Both the position numbers and the translations under genes were made by a program. A stretch of DNA of 64,000 nucleotides from an uncultured Candidatus Rokubacteria bacterium (GTDB taxonomy: Bacteria; Methylomirabilota; Methylomirabilia; Rokubacteriales; CSP1-6): assembly GCA_963762145.1 (NCBI GenBank), contig CAVXJS010000009.1, positions 1 to 64,000 of the forward strand, read 5' to 3'. The notes below the pieces were generated by a model. The model saw nothing but the letters and a program-made list of their open reading frames with translations. It was not told where the DNA came from and made no database searches. This document shows positions 8,681-20,380 of the stretch, in pieces. The first letter of the stretch is position 1, and each line of letters opens with the position of its first letter.

Positions 8681-9823
8681 ATGCGCTTCGCGTTCAAGAC
8701 GGCCTACGAGCACGACCTGGGCCTGTTCCGCGATCCGGTGCAGCGCCGCTGGTACGCGGCCCTGCTCGCGGGCGTGATCCTGCTGCCGCTGGCGATCCCC
8801 GCCTACCTGTCGGACATGAGCATGGTCTTCATCTACGGGCTCTGCGGCCTCTCGCTGATGGTGCTGGCCGGCTATACCGGCCTGGTCAGCCTGGGCCACG
8901 CCGCCTTCCTCGGCATCGGCGCGTACGCGCACGTGTACTTCACGCAGGACCTCGGGCTGCCCTGGATCGTCGGGGTGGCGCTGGCCGTGGTGGCCGCCGC
9001 CGCCTCCGGCGTGCTCGTGGGCCTGCCCGCGCTGCGGATGACCGGCGTGTATCTCACGATCGCCACGCTGGCCTTCGCGCTGATCATTCAAGAAGTGTTC
9101 ACGCGGTGGGAAAGCGTCACGCACGGCCTGAAGGGCCGCCCGGTGGACAAGCCGGTGATCTTCGGCGTGTCCTTCGCCACGGACTGGGCGTTCTACTTCC
9201 TGTGCCTGGCCACGCTGATCGGCGGGCTCTGGCTGACCGCCAATCTCCTGCGCTCGCCCACCGGCCGGGCCTGGGTGGCCATCCGCGACAGCGAGATCGC
9301 CGCCCAGTCCATGGGGGTGAACCTGGCGCGCTACAAGACGCTGGCCTTCGCCTACTCCGCCGGGCTCATGGGTGCGGCGGGCGCTCTCTTCTCGCACAAG
9401 ATCGGCTTCCTGGCCCCCGACATCTTCACGGTGCTCCTGTCCATCCAATTCTTGTTGATGGTCGTGGTGGGCGGCCTCGGCAGCCTGCACGGCGCGCTCT
9501 ACGGCGCGGTCTTCGTGGCGCTGCTGCCGGTGCTCATCTCGGAGGCGCGCGATCACGTGCCCGCCTGGGCCGGCCACGCCGCGGGCGTGCTCGGCAAGGG
9601 CCTGGGCGACGCGGTCTATCTCTCGCTCGATCGCTTCGTGAAGCAGCCCGGGCTCGAGCCCGGGATCTTCGGGCTCATCCTGGTGCTCTTCATCCTGTTC
9701 GAGCCGCTCGGCATCTACGGGCGCTGGCGGAAGATCTGGCTCTACTTCTCCACGTTCCCCCTCTACAAGGCGGCCACCTTCCGGCGCCAGAAGACGTACA
9801 TGCGGTCGGAGCGGCTGCGGTGA
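8681..9823 (+). CDS. livM: Branched-chain amino acid-type ABC transporter permease
   Basis: GYTGLVSLGHAAFLGIGAY; YLTIATLAF; GRAWVAIRDSEIAAQSMGVN. Confidence 0.92.
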   Translation: MRFAFKTAYEHDLGLFRDPVQRRWYAALLAGVILLPLAIPAYLSDMSMVFIYGLCGLSLMVLAGYTGLVSLGHAAFLGIGAYAHVYFTQDLGLPWIVGVALAVVAAAASGVLVGLPALRMTGVYLTIATLAFALIIQEVFTRWESVTHGLKGRPVDKPVIFGVSFATDWAFYFLCLATLIGGLWLTANLLRSPTGRAWVAIRDSEIAAQSMGVNLARYKTLAFAYSAGLMGAAGALFSHKIGFLAPDIFTVLLSIQFLLMVVVGGLGSLHGALYGAVFVALLPVLISEARDHVPAWAGHAAGVLGKGLGDAVYLSLDRFVKQPGLEPGIFGLILVLFILFEPLGIYGRWRKIWLYFSTFPLYKAATFRRQKTYMRSERLR

Positions 9824-10581
9824 CCGCCCTCTTCGCGGCCGACGAGCTGGTCGTGAACTTCGGAGGCATCCGCGCGGTGGACGGGGTGAGCTTCGAGGTG
9901 GAGGCGGGCGAGGTCTTCACCATCATCGGGCCCAACGGGGCGGGCAAGACCACCATCTTCAACCTGATCTCGCGGATCTACGATCCGACCCAGGGCCGGC
10001 TGCGGTTCCGCGGCGAGGACATCACCCGCGTGCCGCCCCACGAGATCGCCCGGCGCGGCATCGCGCGCACCTTCCAGAACATCGAGCTGTTCGAGCACGC
10101 CACCGTGCTGCAGAACCTGCTGCTGGGCCGCCACGCGCACGCCGAGCGGCGGTTCGCGCAGGAGCTGCTGTTCCTGCCCCGGGTGCGAGCCCGGGAGCGG
10201 GCCCACCGCGAGGCCGCCGAGAAGGTGATCGACTTCCTCGATCTGCAGGCCTACCGCGACAGCTTCGTGGTCAACCTCCCCTACGGCGTCCGCAAGGTGG
10301 TCGAGATGGGCCGGGCCCTCTGTACCGAGCCCGCCCTGCTCCTGCTCGACGAGCCCTCGTCCGGGCTGAGCGTCGAGGAGACCGCGGACATGGCGTTCTG
10401 GATCCAGGACATCCGCACCCTGCTCGGCATCACCGTGCTCATGGTCGAGCACGACATGAGCCTGGTCAGCGCGGTCTCGGACCGGGTGCTCGCGCTCAAC
10501 TACGGCCGGGTGCTGGCGTGCGGGACGGCCCGGGAAGTCCAGGAGCACCCCGACGTGATCAAGGCGTATCTCGGAGGCTGA
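9820..10581 (+). CDS. livG: ABC transporter ATP-binding protein
   Basis: GPNGAGKT Walker A, GIARTFQ, LLLLDEP, VEHDM, DVIKAYLG; GTG overlaps the livM stop. Confidence 0.92.
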   Translation: MTALFAADELVVNFGGIRAVDGVSFEVEAGEVFTIIGPNGAGKTTIFNLISRIYDPTQGRLRFRGEDITRVPPHEIARRGIARTFQNIELFEHATVLQNLLLGRHAHAERRFAQELLFLPRVRARERAHREAAEKVIDFLDLQAYRDSFVVNLPYGVRKVVEMGRALCTEPALLLLDEPSSGLSVEETADMAFWIQDIRTLLGITVLMVEHDMSLVSAVSDRVLALNYGRVLACGTAREVQEHPDVIKAYLGG

Positions 10582-10584
10582 TCG

Positions 10585-11348
<764 letters not shown>

Positions 11349-11358
<10 letters not shown>

Positions 11359-13220
11359 CGACCCGCCCGTCTCCCGCCTCCACCGGGGCCGGCCGCCCCA
11401 TCACGGTGCACGGCCAGGACACCCTGCCCAAGCTCTTCCGCCACGTGGTGCGGGAGCGCGGCGACCGTGTGGCGATGCGGGAGAAGCACCTCGGCATCTG
11501 GCGCGCCATCTCGTGGCGCGAGTACGGCCAGCAGGCCCGCCGGGTGGGGCTCGGGCTGGTGGCGCTGGGCCTCCGGCCCGGCGACGTGGTCTCGATCATG
11601 GCCGACAACTGTCCGGAGTGGCTCTACACCGATCTCGGCATCATGTCGGCGGCGGCCGTGCCCAACGGCATCTACACCACCGACTCCGCGCGGCAGGTGG
11701 AGTACATCGTCAACGACAGCGGCACGCGATTCCTCTTCGTGGAGAACGAGGAGCAGCTCGACAAGGCGCTCGAGGTGCGCGGGCGCTGCCCCGACCTGGT
11801 GAAGATCTTCGTCTTCGACATGGACGGGCTGCACGCCTTCCAGGACGACCAGGTGATGACGTTCGACGCCCTGCTCGAGCTGGGCGCGGCCCACGATCGC
11901 GCGCATCCCGAGGCCTACGACCGGCTCGTCGAGATCCCCCGCCCCGAGGACCTGGCCATCCTGGTCTACACCTCGGGCACCACCGGCCCCCCCAAGGGCG
12001 CGATGCTGAGCCACCGCAACATCCTGTTCCAGCTCGAGTACGCCGACTTCATCACCCCGCTGCGGGAGGGCGACCAGCAGCTCTCCTTCCTGCCCCTCTG
12101 CCACGTGGCCGAGCGGACCTTCACGGTGTTCAACCCGCTCTACACCGGCGCGACCGTGAACTTCGCCGAGTCCATCGACACGGTGCCCGAGAACATCCGC
12201 GAAGTCGCGCCCGCCCTGTTCTTCGCGGTGCCGCGCATCTGGGAGAAGTTCTACTCGGGCGTGGCGCTGCGCATGCGGGACGCCACCTGGCTCGGGCGCT
12301 TCGCCTACGACTGCGCGATCCGGATCGGGCGGCGCCTGGCCTCGTGCCGGATCGAGGGCCGCCGGCCGTCCGGGGCCCTGCGGGCCGCGTTCCGGGTGGC
12401 CGACTTCCTCGTGCTCGACAACGTCAAGCGCTCGATCGGGCTGCACCGGGCCCGCGGGGTCGCCACCGGCGCGGCGCCGATCGCCCCGGACCTGATCCGC
12501 TGGTACCTGGCGCTCGGGCTCGACATGTACGAGGTGTACGGCCAGACCGAGAACACCGGCCTCGCCACCGCGATGCCGCCCGGCCGCATCAAGCTCGGGA
12601 CGGTGGGCGTGGCCCGCCCCGAGACCGAGGTGCGCGTGTCGCCCCAGGGCGAAATACTATTGAAGGGCCCGCACGTGTTCATGGGCTACTACGGCAAGCC
12701 CGACAAGACCGCGGAGACCGTCGTGGACGGGTGGCTCCGCACCGGCGACGTGGGCACCATCGACGCGGACGGCTTCGTGCGCATCACCGACCGCATGAAG
12801 GACATCATCATCACCGCGGGGGGCAAGAACGTCACCCCGTCCGAAATCGAGAACCAGCTCAAGTTCTCGCCCTACATCTCCGACGCGGTGGTGATCGGCG
12901 ACCAGCGCCGGTTCCTCTCCTGCCTGGTCATGATCGATCACGAGACGGTGGCCCAGTTCGCCCAGGAGAGAAACGTGCCGTTCAGCAACTTCACCTCGCT
13001 GTGCCGGGCCCGCGAGGTGCAGGACCTCATCTGGAGCGAGATCGAGCGCGTGAACCGGGAGCTCGCCCGGGTGGAGACCATCAAGGCGTTCCGGTTGATC
13101 GAGCAGCTCCTCACCGCCGAGGACGAGGAGCTGACCCCCACCATGAAGCTGAAGCGCACCTTCGTCAACGTGAAGTACAAGAGCCTGATCGACGGCATGT
13201 ACGAAAGGAGCAACGGATGA
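11349..13220 (+). CDS. Long-chain fatty acid--CoA ligase (AMP-binding)
   Basis: YTSGTTGPPKGAML, SFLPLCHVAER, YGQTE, GWLRTGDVG, TDRMKDIIITAGGKNVTP, LTPTMKLKR. Confidence 0.92.
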
Positions 13221-14392
13221 AGAAGCTACTGGCAGTCAGCGTGCTGGCGGCCGCGGTGGCCTTCGCGGGCGTCGCGACGGCCCAGAAGGAGACCCGCGGG
13301 GTCACCAAGACCGAGATCGTGCTCGGCATGCACACCGACCTCTCCGGCCCGGCCGCAACCTACGGCGTCTCCTCCTCCAACGCGGTCAAGATGCGCTTCG
13401 ACGAGGTCAACGAGACGGGCGGCATCCACGGCCGCAAGATCCGGCTCGTGATCGAGGACACCCAGTACCAGGTGCCGCGCGCGGTCCAGGCGGGGGCCAA
13501 GCTCATCCAGCGCGACCGCATCTTCGCGATGGTGGCCGGCCTCGGCACCCCGATGAACAACGCGCTGTTCAAGGACCAGTTCGACGCGGGGGTCCCCAAC
13601 CTCTTCCCGCTCTCGGCCGCGCGCTCGATGTACGAGCCGTTCAACAAGCTGAAGTTCTACGGAGCGGCCAGCTACGTGGACCAGGTGCGGGCCGGCATCA
13701 ACTACTTCGTGACCCAGAAGGGCAAGAAGACTCTCTGCGCGATGTACCAGGACACCGACTTCGGCAAGGAAGTGCTGGACGGCGTGCAGATGCAGGCCGA
13801 GAAAATGAAGCTCAAGATCGCGGAGACGGTGACCCACAAGCCCACCGACCAGGACTTCAGCGCCCAGGTCACCAAGCTGAAGGCCGCCAACTGCGATCTC
13901 GTGGTGCTCGGCACCATCGTGCGGGACTCGATCGTGCCGTACGCCACCGCGCGCAAGATGGGGTGGAACGACGTGGACTTCCTCGGCTCCGCTGCGTCCT
14001 ACGACCTCTTCGTGGCCGCCGCCCAGGGCGGCGTGACCGAGGGCTTCTACGCCATGGGCCTCACCGCCATGCCCTACCGCGATACGCTCGGCGCGGATGC
14101 CCAGAAGTGGTTCGACCGCTACAAGGACCGCTACAAGGTGGATCCGAACATCGGCGCGATCTACGGGCACGTCGCGGCGGATCTGACCGTGACCGCGCTC
14201 ACGAAGACGGGTCCCGAGCTGACCACCGACAGCTTCGTCAAGGGGCTCGAGTCCATCAAGGGCTACCACGACATCTTCAACGGCCCCGAGGTCAACTTCG
14301 GCCCCGACAAGCACCAGGGCGCCGACTCCTCGTTCTTGGCCGTGGTGAAGGGCGGGCGCTGGACGCGGCTGACCGATCCGCTGCGCTTCTAG
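13217..14392 (+). CDS. ABC substrate-binding protein (LivK/PBP6 family)
   Basis: Signal peptide; GVTKTEIVLGMHTDLSGPAA; GGIHGRKIRL; AAGGAG RBS with ATGA overlap. Confidence 0.9.
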   Translation: MKKLLAVSVLAAAVAFAGVATAQKETRGVTKTEIVLGMHTDLSGPAATYGVSSSNAVKMRFDEVNETGGIHGRKIRLVIEDTQYQVPRAVQAGAKLIQRDRIFAMVAGLGTPMNNALFKDQFDAGVPNLFPLSAARSMYEPFNKLKFYGAASYVDQVRAGINYFVTQKGKKTLCAMYQDTDFGKEVLDGVQMQAEKMKLKIAETVTHKPTDQDFSAQVTKLKAANCDLVVLGTIVRDSIVPYATARKMGWNDVDFLGSAASYDLFVAAAQGGVTEGFYAMGLTAMPYRDTLGADAQKWFDRYKDRYKVDPNIGAIYGHVAADLTVTALTKTGPELTTDSFVKGLESIKGYHDIFNGPEVNFGPDKHQGADSSFLAVVKGGRWTRLTDPLRF

Positions 14393-14409
14393 GCGAGCGG
14401 TAGAATCGG

Positions 14410-14445
14410 AAGGGCGGCGGGGGTACGCCCGCCGCCCTTTTCTTG
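14410..14445 (+). terminator. Rho-independent terminator
   Basis: AAGGGCGGCGGG-ggtacg-CCCGCCGCCCTT followed by TTCTT, between convergent genes. Confidence 0.8.
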
Positions 14446-14457
14446 TGCGGGGTGGCG

Positions 14458-14889
14458 CTAGACGTTCAGGCTGGAGGTCCCGACCCAGCCGGTCTCCGAG
14501 ACGTCGACGGTGACGCCGTCGGGGCCGATGTACTTCACCTCGACGTTGCCGTGCTGCTCGCGGCCGTAGCCGACCCCGAGGGCCTCGTTGATGTCGTGGC
14601 GCGGCTCGGACCCCGCCGCGGCCAGCCGCTCCGCGATGACCTCCAGGCTCTCGACCTGGAACCCGATGTGGTGGATGCCGCTCCACTCCTTGCCGCGCTC
14701 GACCCCGGCCACCGCGTCGTTCTTGAAGTTGAGAATGGCCAGGTTGAGGTCGCCGTCGCTCAGGTAGTAGCCCCGGGCGCCGGGACTGTCGATCCGGGCG
14801 ATCTCCTTCATGCCGAACACGTCGATGTAGAACTTCGCGGTCTTGTCGACGTCCTGGGTAGAGAGCGCGATGTGCTTGATCTTTGCCAT
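14458..14889 (-). CDS. VOC/glyoxalase family protein
   Basis: IKHIAL...FYIDVFGM; GIHHIGFQVE; GPDGVTVD. Confidence 0.85.
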   Translation of the reverse strand: MAKIKHIALSTQDVDKTAKFYIDVFGMKEIARIDSPGARGYYLSDGDLNLAILNFKNDAVAGVERGKEWSGIHHIGFQVESLEVIAERLAAAGSEPRHDINEALGVGYGREQHGNVEVKYIGPDGVTVDVSETGWVGTSSLNV

Positions 14890-14937
14890 GACGAGTCGCC
14901 TCCAGTGTGAGCGGGTTAGAGCCCGAGTGTAGCGCGT

Positions 14938-16227
14938 TCAGCGCGCGTCGCGCCAGTCCTGGAAACGCTTCCAGTGCACCACGAGCGCCATCGCGGGCAG
15001 GCGCCAGCGGTGGAGCGGGATCGGCGCGATCGGGGTCACCGGCCAGCCGATCTCGGCGTGGGTGGCGCCGAGGGCGCGGTCGGCGAGCAGCTTGCCCATG
15101 ACGGTGGCCATGGCGATACCCCGGCCGTTGTAGCCGAGCCCGATCAGCATGCCGGGCTGCGGCTCGTGCAGATGCGGCAGGTGATCGGCGGTGAGCGCGA
15201 CCCGCCCGCTCCAGCGGTGCTCCCACGGGCTGGCGCCGATCTGGGGAAAGAGCCGTCGCGCGACCGCCTCCAGCCGCGCGAACAGGGCGGGATCGCCGCG
15301 GTCGTCGAGGGGGCCCCGCCCGCCCATGAGGAGGCGGCCCTCCGGATCGAGGCGGAAATAGAACAGGATCCGGCGAAGGTCCGAGACCACCTGGCCACCG
15401 GGAAGCACCCGGCGCCGCAGGTCCTCGGGCAGCGGGTGCGTGGCGACCTGGTAGCTCTGCACCGGCAGCACCGTGCGCCTGAGCCCCGGCCAGAGATCGT
15501 CGGAGTAGGCGTTGGTGGCGAGGATGACGGAGCGGGCGGTGAGGCTCGCGCCTCGCGTGTCCACCCGCCAGCCGCCGGGCACCATCTCGAGCCCGCGCAC
15601 GAGGGAGCCCCCGTGGACGGCGGCGCCGGCCCGCCGGGCCGCCCGGGCCAGCCCGCGCACGAAGGCCAGCGGCTGGAGCGCCCCGGCGCGACGGTCGAGC
15701 ATCCCGCCGACGTACGCAGTCGTGCCGGTCAGCTCCGCGATGCGCGTGGCGTCCAGCAGCTCGACCGGCGCGCCACGCCGCTGCCATTGCTCGGTCCGCG
15801 ACCGCAAGCTCTCGAGCGCGGCCGCGTGAGGGGCCGCCGCGATCCAGCCGCACCGCTCGGCGTGGCACGAGATCTTGAGCCGGCCGATGAGATCGAAGAC
15901 GACATCGGCGGCCCCACCCGCGATCTCCCACATCCGGCGGCCCGTCTCCCGGCCGAACTGATGCTCGAGCTCGTCCGGCTCGTGCTTGAGCCCGGGGATG
16001 ACCTGACCGCCGTTTCGTCCCGAGGCGCCCCAGCCGGGCTCGGCCGCATCGAGCACCACGACGTCGGCGCCGCGCTCGGCCAGGTGCAGTGCCGCCGACA
16101 GGCCGGTGTAGCCGGCGCCGACGATCGCGACGTCGGCACGGCGGTCCGCTTCGAGAGGTCGCGTCTGCGGAAGCGGCTCGGCCGTGCCGGTCCAGGCCGA
16201 GACGGGCGGCGCGGAGGACGCGCTCAT
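14938..16227 (-). CDS. FAD-dependent oxidoreductase (DAO/PuuB-like)
   Basis: DVAIVGAGYTGLSAA, GWGASGRNGGQ, ILATNAY, GYNGRGIA. Confidence 0.9.
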   Translation of the reverse strand: MSASSAPPVSAWTGTAEPLPQTRPLEADRRADVAIVGAGYTGLSAALHLAERGADVVVLDAAEPGWGASGRNGGQVIPGLKHEPDELEHQFGRETGRRMWEIAGGAADVVFDLIGRLKISCHAERCGWIAAAPHAAALESLRSRTEQWQRRGAPVELLDATRIAELTGTTAYVGGMLDRRAGALQPLAFVRGLARAARRAGAAVHGGSLVRGLEMVPGGWRVDTRGASLTARSVILATNAYSDDLWPGLRRTVLPVQSYQVATHPLPEDLRRRVLPGGQVVSDLRRILFYFRLDPEGRLLMGGRGPLDDRGDPALFARLEAVARRLFPQIGASPWEHRWSGRVALTADHLPHLHEPQPGMLIGLGYNGRGIAMATVMGKLLADRALGATHAEIGWPVTPIAPIPLHRWRLPAMALVVHWKRFQDWRDAR

Positions 16228-17306
16228 GCCGGTCGCCCGAGCTTCTCCACCCGCACCCCGATGAGGCGGATCTTCTTGCCTTTCGGGTTCTCCCGGGCGT
16301 CGAAGAACGGCTCCAGGAGCCCACGGACCTCGGCGTGCAGCTGCTCCGCGCTCGTGAACGGAGTCTTGCCGGTCCTCGAGCGGCTCACGGTCAGGAATCC
16401 GGAGAAGCGCACCGTGATGGTCACGGTGCGAAAGATCGTGAAGCCGTCGGAGACGAAGCGGCGGAACACCGTCTCGGCCAGCTCCCGCGCGCGCGCGAGG
16501 ACGAAGACGGGATCGAGGCTGTCCGCCTCGAACGTCTCCTGCTCTCCCACCGACTTGCGCTCCCACTCGCTCGAGACGGGATCGTCCGAGAGTCCGTGCG
16601 CCTTCCGATGGAGATCCTCGCCCCCTTTGCCGAGCCACTCCCGGGCCTGCGAGAGCTCGAGGCCCCGGAGATCGGCGACGACCTTGATGCCCCGCTCGTG
16701 GAGAAAGCCTTCCGTCTTGGGCCCGACGCCCGGGATCACCCGGATCGGCAGGCCATCCAGGAAGCCCTGGACCTCGTCTGGACGCACGACGGTCAGCCCG
16801 TCGGGCTTCCGGAAGTCGGAGGCGATCTTCGCCACGAGCTTGTTCGGCCCGATCCCGATCGAGCAGGTCAGGCCTTCCTGCTCGAGGATCGCCCGCTTGA
16901 GAGTCCGCACATGCTCCTGGGCCCGCTCGAGATCGCCCAGCGAGGAGAGATCCACGTACGCCTCGTCGATGCTCGCCCCCTCGAACGCGTCCACGCCCTG
17001 GCCGATGATGGCCATGATGCGACTCGACACCTCGAGGTAGAGCGCGCGGTCACCCCGGACGAACACGACCTCCGGCTCCCCCTGCCTCCGCGCGGTCTCC
17101 GCCAGACGCCAGGCCCGCGAGATCGGCAAGGCCGAGCGGATCCCGTACTTTCGCGCCGCGTAGCTCGCGGCCGTCACGACCCCGCGCCCGGCTCCCCCCT
17201 TCGGGTCCGCCCCGACCACGACGGGGCGCCCGCGCAGCTCGGGATGATGGCGCTCCTCGACGGAGGCGTAGAAGGCGTCCATGTCGACGTGCGCGATGAT
17301 TCTCAT
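16224..17306 (-). CDS. dinB: DNA polymerase IV (Y-family)
   Basis: HVDMDAFYASVE, ASYAARKYGIRSA, SIDEAYVD, NKLVAKIASDFRKPDGL, IPGVGPKT, IRLIGV. Confidence 0.95.
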   Translation of the reverse strand: MRIIAHVDMDAFYASVEERHHPELRGRPVVVGADPKGGAGRGVVTAASYAARKYGIRSALPISRAWRLAETARRQGEPEVVFVRGDRALYLEVSSRIMAIIGQGVDAFEGASIDEAYVDLSSLGDLERAQEHVRTLKRAILEQEGLTCSIGIGPNKLVAKIASDFRKPDGLTVVRPDEVQGFLDGLPIRVIPGVGPKTEGFLHERGIKVVADLRGLELSQAREWLGKGGEDLHRKAHGLSDDPVSSEWERKSVGEQETFEADSLDPVFVLARARELAETVFRRFVSDGFTIFRTVTITVRFSGFLTVSRSRTGKTPFTSAEQLHAEVRGLLEPFFDARENPKGKKIRLIGVRVEKLGRPA

Positions 17307-17464
17307 GGCCGGCGGGTCCACGCGCAAACCCCCTGGGATTCTGTGTGACTTCCAGGGCCCTGTCAATGACGGGCGGCCGGCCGCGGCTCGATCAACGCTT
17401 GACTCCCACGCCCGGTCCGTCGGAGGATCTCCCCCAATTCCCCACCCTCATGGAGGTGCGACCG

Positions 17465-18997
17465 ATGCGCCTGACCGCTCGGATCCTGACCCTCTTCCTG
17501 CTGCTCGCGATGTCCGGGTGGGCGGCCCCCGCCCCGGCGGTCCCGCCCGACGGGACCCTCGCGATCGGCGTGCACGTGACGCTCGTCTCGCGCTGGCTCG
17601 ACCCGGGTGAGACCGAGGCCCTCATCACCCCGTTCATGGTGCTCTACACGCTGCACGACGCGCTCCTCAAGCCCATGCCGGGCAACATCAACGCCCCGAG
17701 CCTGGCCGAGTCGTGGACCCTGGCCAAGGACGGGGTCACCTACGAGTTCGTGCTCCGCAAGAACGCCAAGTTCCATAACGGCGACCCGGTCACCTCGGAG
17801 GACGTGAAGTTCTCCTTCGACCGCTACAAGGGCAGCGGCGCCAAGCTCCTCAAGGACAAGGTGAAGGAGATCCAGACCCCGGCGCCCAACCGGGTGCGCA
17901 TCGTGCTGAAGGAGCCCTGGCCCGACTTCATCGCCTTCTACGGCACCTCCGCGACCGGCGCGGGCTGGATCGTGCCCAAGAAGTACATCGAGCGGGTGGG
18001 CGAGGAAGCCTACAAGAAGGCGCCGGTGGGGGCGGGCCCCTTCAAGTTCGCTGCGTTCACGCCCGGCATCGAGCTGACCCTGGACGCTTTCCCCGACTAC
18101 TGGCGGAAGGCGCCGCAGGTGAAGCGGCTCGTGATGCGCTCCATCCCCGACGAGACCACCCGGGCCGCCGCGGTGAAGACCGGTGAGGTGGACCTGGCCT
18201 ATCTCTTCGGCGGGACCATCGCCGCCGATCTCCAGCGCACGCCCGGCATCCGCGTCGTCGCCCCGCTGCTCTACGGGGTCTACTGGCTCGACTTCCTGGA
18301 CCAGTGGGACCCGAAGTCCCCCTGGCACGACCGCCGGGTGCGGCAGGCCGCGAGCCTCGCGATCGACCGCAACGCGATCAACAAGGCAGAGATGCTCGGC
18401 CTCGGCAAGGCCGGCGGCGCGTTCGTGCCGCCCGAGTTCGACTTCGCGCTCAAGATGGAGCCGCTGCCGTACGACCCCAAGCGCGCCAAGCAGCTCCTGG
18501 TCGAGGCCGGTTTCCCGAACGGCTTCGACGCGGGCGATCTCACCCCGCTGCCGCCCTACACCTCGGTGGGCGAAGCGGTGGGCGGCTTCCTCCAGGCGGT
18601 CGGCATCCGCACGTCGGTGCGCACGATGGAGCGGGCCACCTTCATGACCACCTGGCGGGAGAAGAAGGTCCGCGGGCTGCTCATCGGCGCCACCGGCGCC
18701 GCGGGCAACGCGGCCGCGCGCCTCGAGCCCTTTTTCACCAAGAACGGCATCTATGCCTACGGCACCCGGCCGGAGATCGACGATCTCTTCCAGCGGCAGG
18801 CCAACGAGATGGATCGCGGCAAGCGCGAGGCGCTGCTGCACCAGATCCAGAAGATCGTCGCCGATCAGGTGCTGGCCGCCCCGATCTTCCAGCAGGCCTT
18901 CCCCTGGGGCGTGGGCTCGCGGGTCGCGGAGCCGGCCGCGGGGCTGATCCAGGGTTACCCGTACGTCGGGCCCGCGGAGGACCTGAAGCTCAAGTAG
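17465..18997 (+). CDS. ABC peptide/nickel-type substrate-binding protein, family 5 (orphan)
   Basis: Signal peptide; PSLAESW, LRKNAKFHNGDPVTSEDVKFS, PVGAGPFK, RVRQA...AIDR. Confidence 0.9.
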   Translation: MRLTARILTLFLLLAMSGWAAPAPAVPPDGTLAIGVHVTLVSRWLDPGETEALITPFMVLYTLHDALLKPMPGNINAPSLAESWTLAKDGVTYEFVLRKNAKFHNGDPVTSEDVKFSFDRYKGSGAKLLKDKVKEIQTPAPNRVRIVLKEPWPDFIAFYGTSATGAGWIVPKKYIERVGEEAYKKAPVGAGPFKFAAFTPGIELTLDAFPDYWRKAPQVKRLVMRSIPDETTRAAAVKTGEVDLAYLFGGTIAADLQRTPGIRVVAPLLYGVYWLDFLDQWDPKSPWHDRRVRQAASLAIDRNAINKAEMLGLGKAGGAFVPPEFDFALKMEPLPYDPKRAKQLLVEAGFPNGFDAGDLTPLPPYTSVGEAVGGFLQAVGIRTSVRTMERATFMTTWREKKVRGLLIGATGAAGNAAARLEPFFTKNGIYAYGTRPEIDDLFQRQANEMDRGKREALLHQIQKIVADQVLAAPIFQQAFPWGVGSRVAEPAAGLIQGYPYVGPAEDLKLK

Positions 18998-19856
18998 CCT
19001 CTTCCTTGATGAACTGCCCGCTGCGGAGATCGCGCAGCGCCTGCTCGATCTCCGCGCGGGTGTTCATCACGAAGGGGCCGTGGCGGGCGATGGGCTCGCC
19101 CAGCGGCCGCGCGGCCGCGAGCAGGAAGCGGCCGCCGCCGGGCGCGCCCGCGGCCTCCACGAGATCGCCGTCGCCGAAGATGACGAGCGCCGGCGCACGC
19201 GCGGCGGTGCGCTGCGGGCCGAAGCGCACCTCGCCCTGATCCACGTAGGCGAACGCGGTGTGCCCGCGCGGCACCGCCTCGCGGAACGTGGCGTCCTCCG
19301 GCAGCGTCACGTCGAGGAACTTCGGGGCCACCGCCAGGCCTTCCACCGGCCCGGCGAGTCGGCCGCCCGCCGCGTCGCCCGCGATCACGCGCGCCCGCGC
19401 ACCGCCATCGAGGGCAGTCTCGGGCAGATGGCTCGCGGTCAGGTCGCGGTACTTCGGCCGCGTCATCTTCTCCCGCGCGGGCAGGTTGAGCCAGAGCTGG
19501 AGGCCGCCGATGCCCTCGGGCCGCACCTGCGGCATCTCCTCGTGGAGGATACCGCTGCCCGAGGTCATCCACTGGATGTCGCCGGCCCCGATGCTTCCCT
19601 GGTGGCCGAGCGAATCACGGTGCTGGATCTCCCCGGCCCGCACGAAGGTGACCGTCTCGATCCCGCGGTGCGGATGGTACGGGAAGCCGGGCTCGTAGTC
19701 CTCCGGGCGGCTCGACTCGAAGTGGTCGAGCAGCAGGAACGGGTCGAGATGGTCGAGGCCCCGGGTGCCGATGCTGCGCCGGAGATGCACGCCCGCGCCT
19801 TCGACGACCGGCTCCGGCTTCACGATTCGCGCCACCGCGCGCGAGGCGTCGCTCAT
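18990..19856 (-). CDS. Pirin family protein
   Basis: DPFLLLDHF, HPHRGIETVT, QWMTSGSGILHEE, QLWLNLP, GPFVMNT. Confidence 0.93.
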   Translation of the reverse strand: MSDASRAVARIVKPEPVVEGAGVHLRRSIGTRGLDHLDPFLLLDHFESSRPEDYEPGFPYHPHRGIETVTFVRAGEIQHRDSLGHQGSIGAGDIQWMTSGSGILHEEMPQVRPEGIGGLQLWLNLPAREKMTRPKYRDLTASHLPETALDGGARARVIAGDAAGGRLAGPVEGLAVAPKFLDVTLPEDATFREAVPRGHTAFAYVDQGEVRFGPQRTAARAPALVIFGDGDLVEAAGAPGGGRFLLAAARPLGEPIARHGPFVMNTRAEIEQALRDLRSGQFIKEEAT

Positions 19857-19867
19857 GACGCTCTCCC

Positions 19868-20305
19868 TCAGGCCCGCTCGATGATCACGACCGGGATCTC
19901 GCGCGGCGTCCGCTGCTGGTACTCCTCGTACGGCGGCCAGATCGCGACCATCTTCTTCCACAGGGCCGGCTTCTCGGCCGCCGAGGCGGTGCGGGCGCGG
20001 GCCTTGAAGCGGTCGGCCATGACCTGCACCTCGATCTCGGGCTTGGCGGTCAGGTTCTCGTACCAGGCCGGGTGCGCGGGCGCGCCGCCGCGCGAGGCCA
20101 CGATCACGTAGCGATCGCCGTCGCGTCCGTAGATCAGCGGGGTCGTGCGCGTCTGGCCGGAGCGCCGGCCGGTCGTGGTGAGCAGGAGGGTCGGCACGCC
20201 CTCCCAGATATGGCCGTCCTTGCCGCCGGTGGCGATGTAGCGCTTCGCGTGCTCTTGCTGCCAGCCGGGCGGCCGGCTTCCCGCGGCGGGTTGCGGAGTC
20301 GTCAT
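19868..20305 (-). CDS. Deazaflavin (F420)-dependent nitroreductase family protein (Ddn-like)
   Basis: LLLTTTGRRSGQTRTTPL, VASRGGAPAHPAWYENL, YQQRTPREIPVVI. Confidence 0.9.
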   Translation of the reverse strand: MTTPQPAAGSRPPGWQQEHAKRYIATGGKDGHIWEGVPTLLLTTTGRRSGQTRTTPLIYGRDGDRYVIVASRGGAPAHPAWYENLTAKPEIEVQVMADRFKARARTASAAEKPALWKKMVAIWPPYEEYQQRTPREIPVVIIERA

Positions 20306-20380
20306 GGTCGGTCCCTCCCGGCGTCAGTCTGCCACGCGGGAGGGGCCGCCGCTACTTCGGGGCGGTGCGCCGAGCGCGCC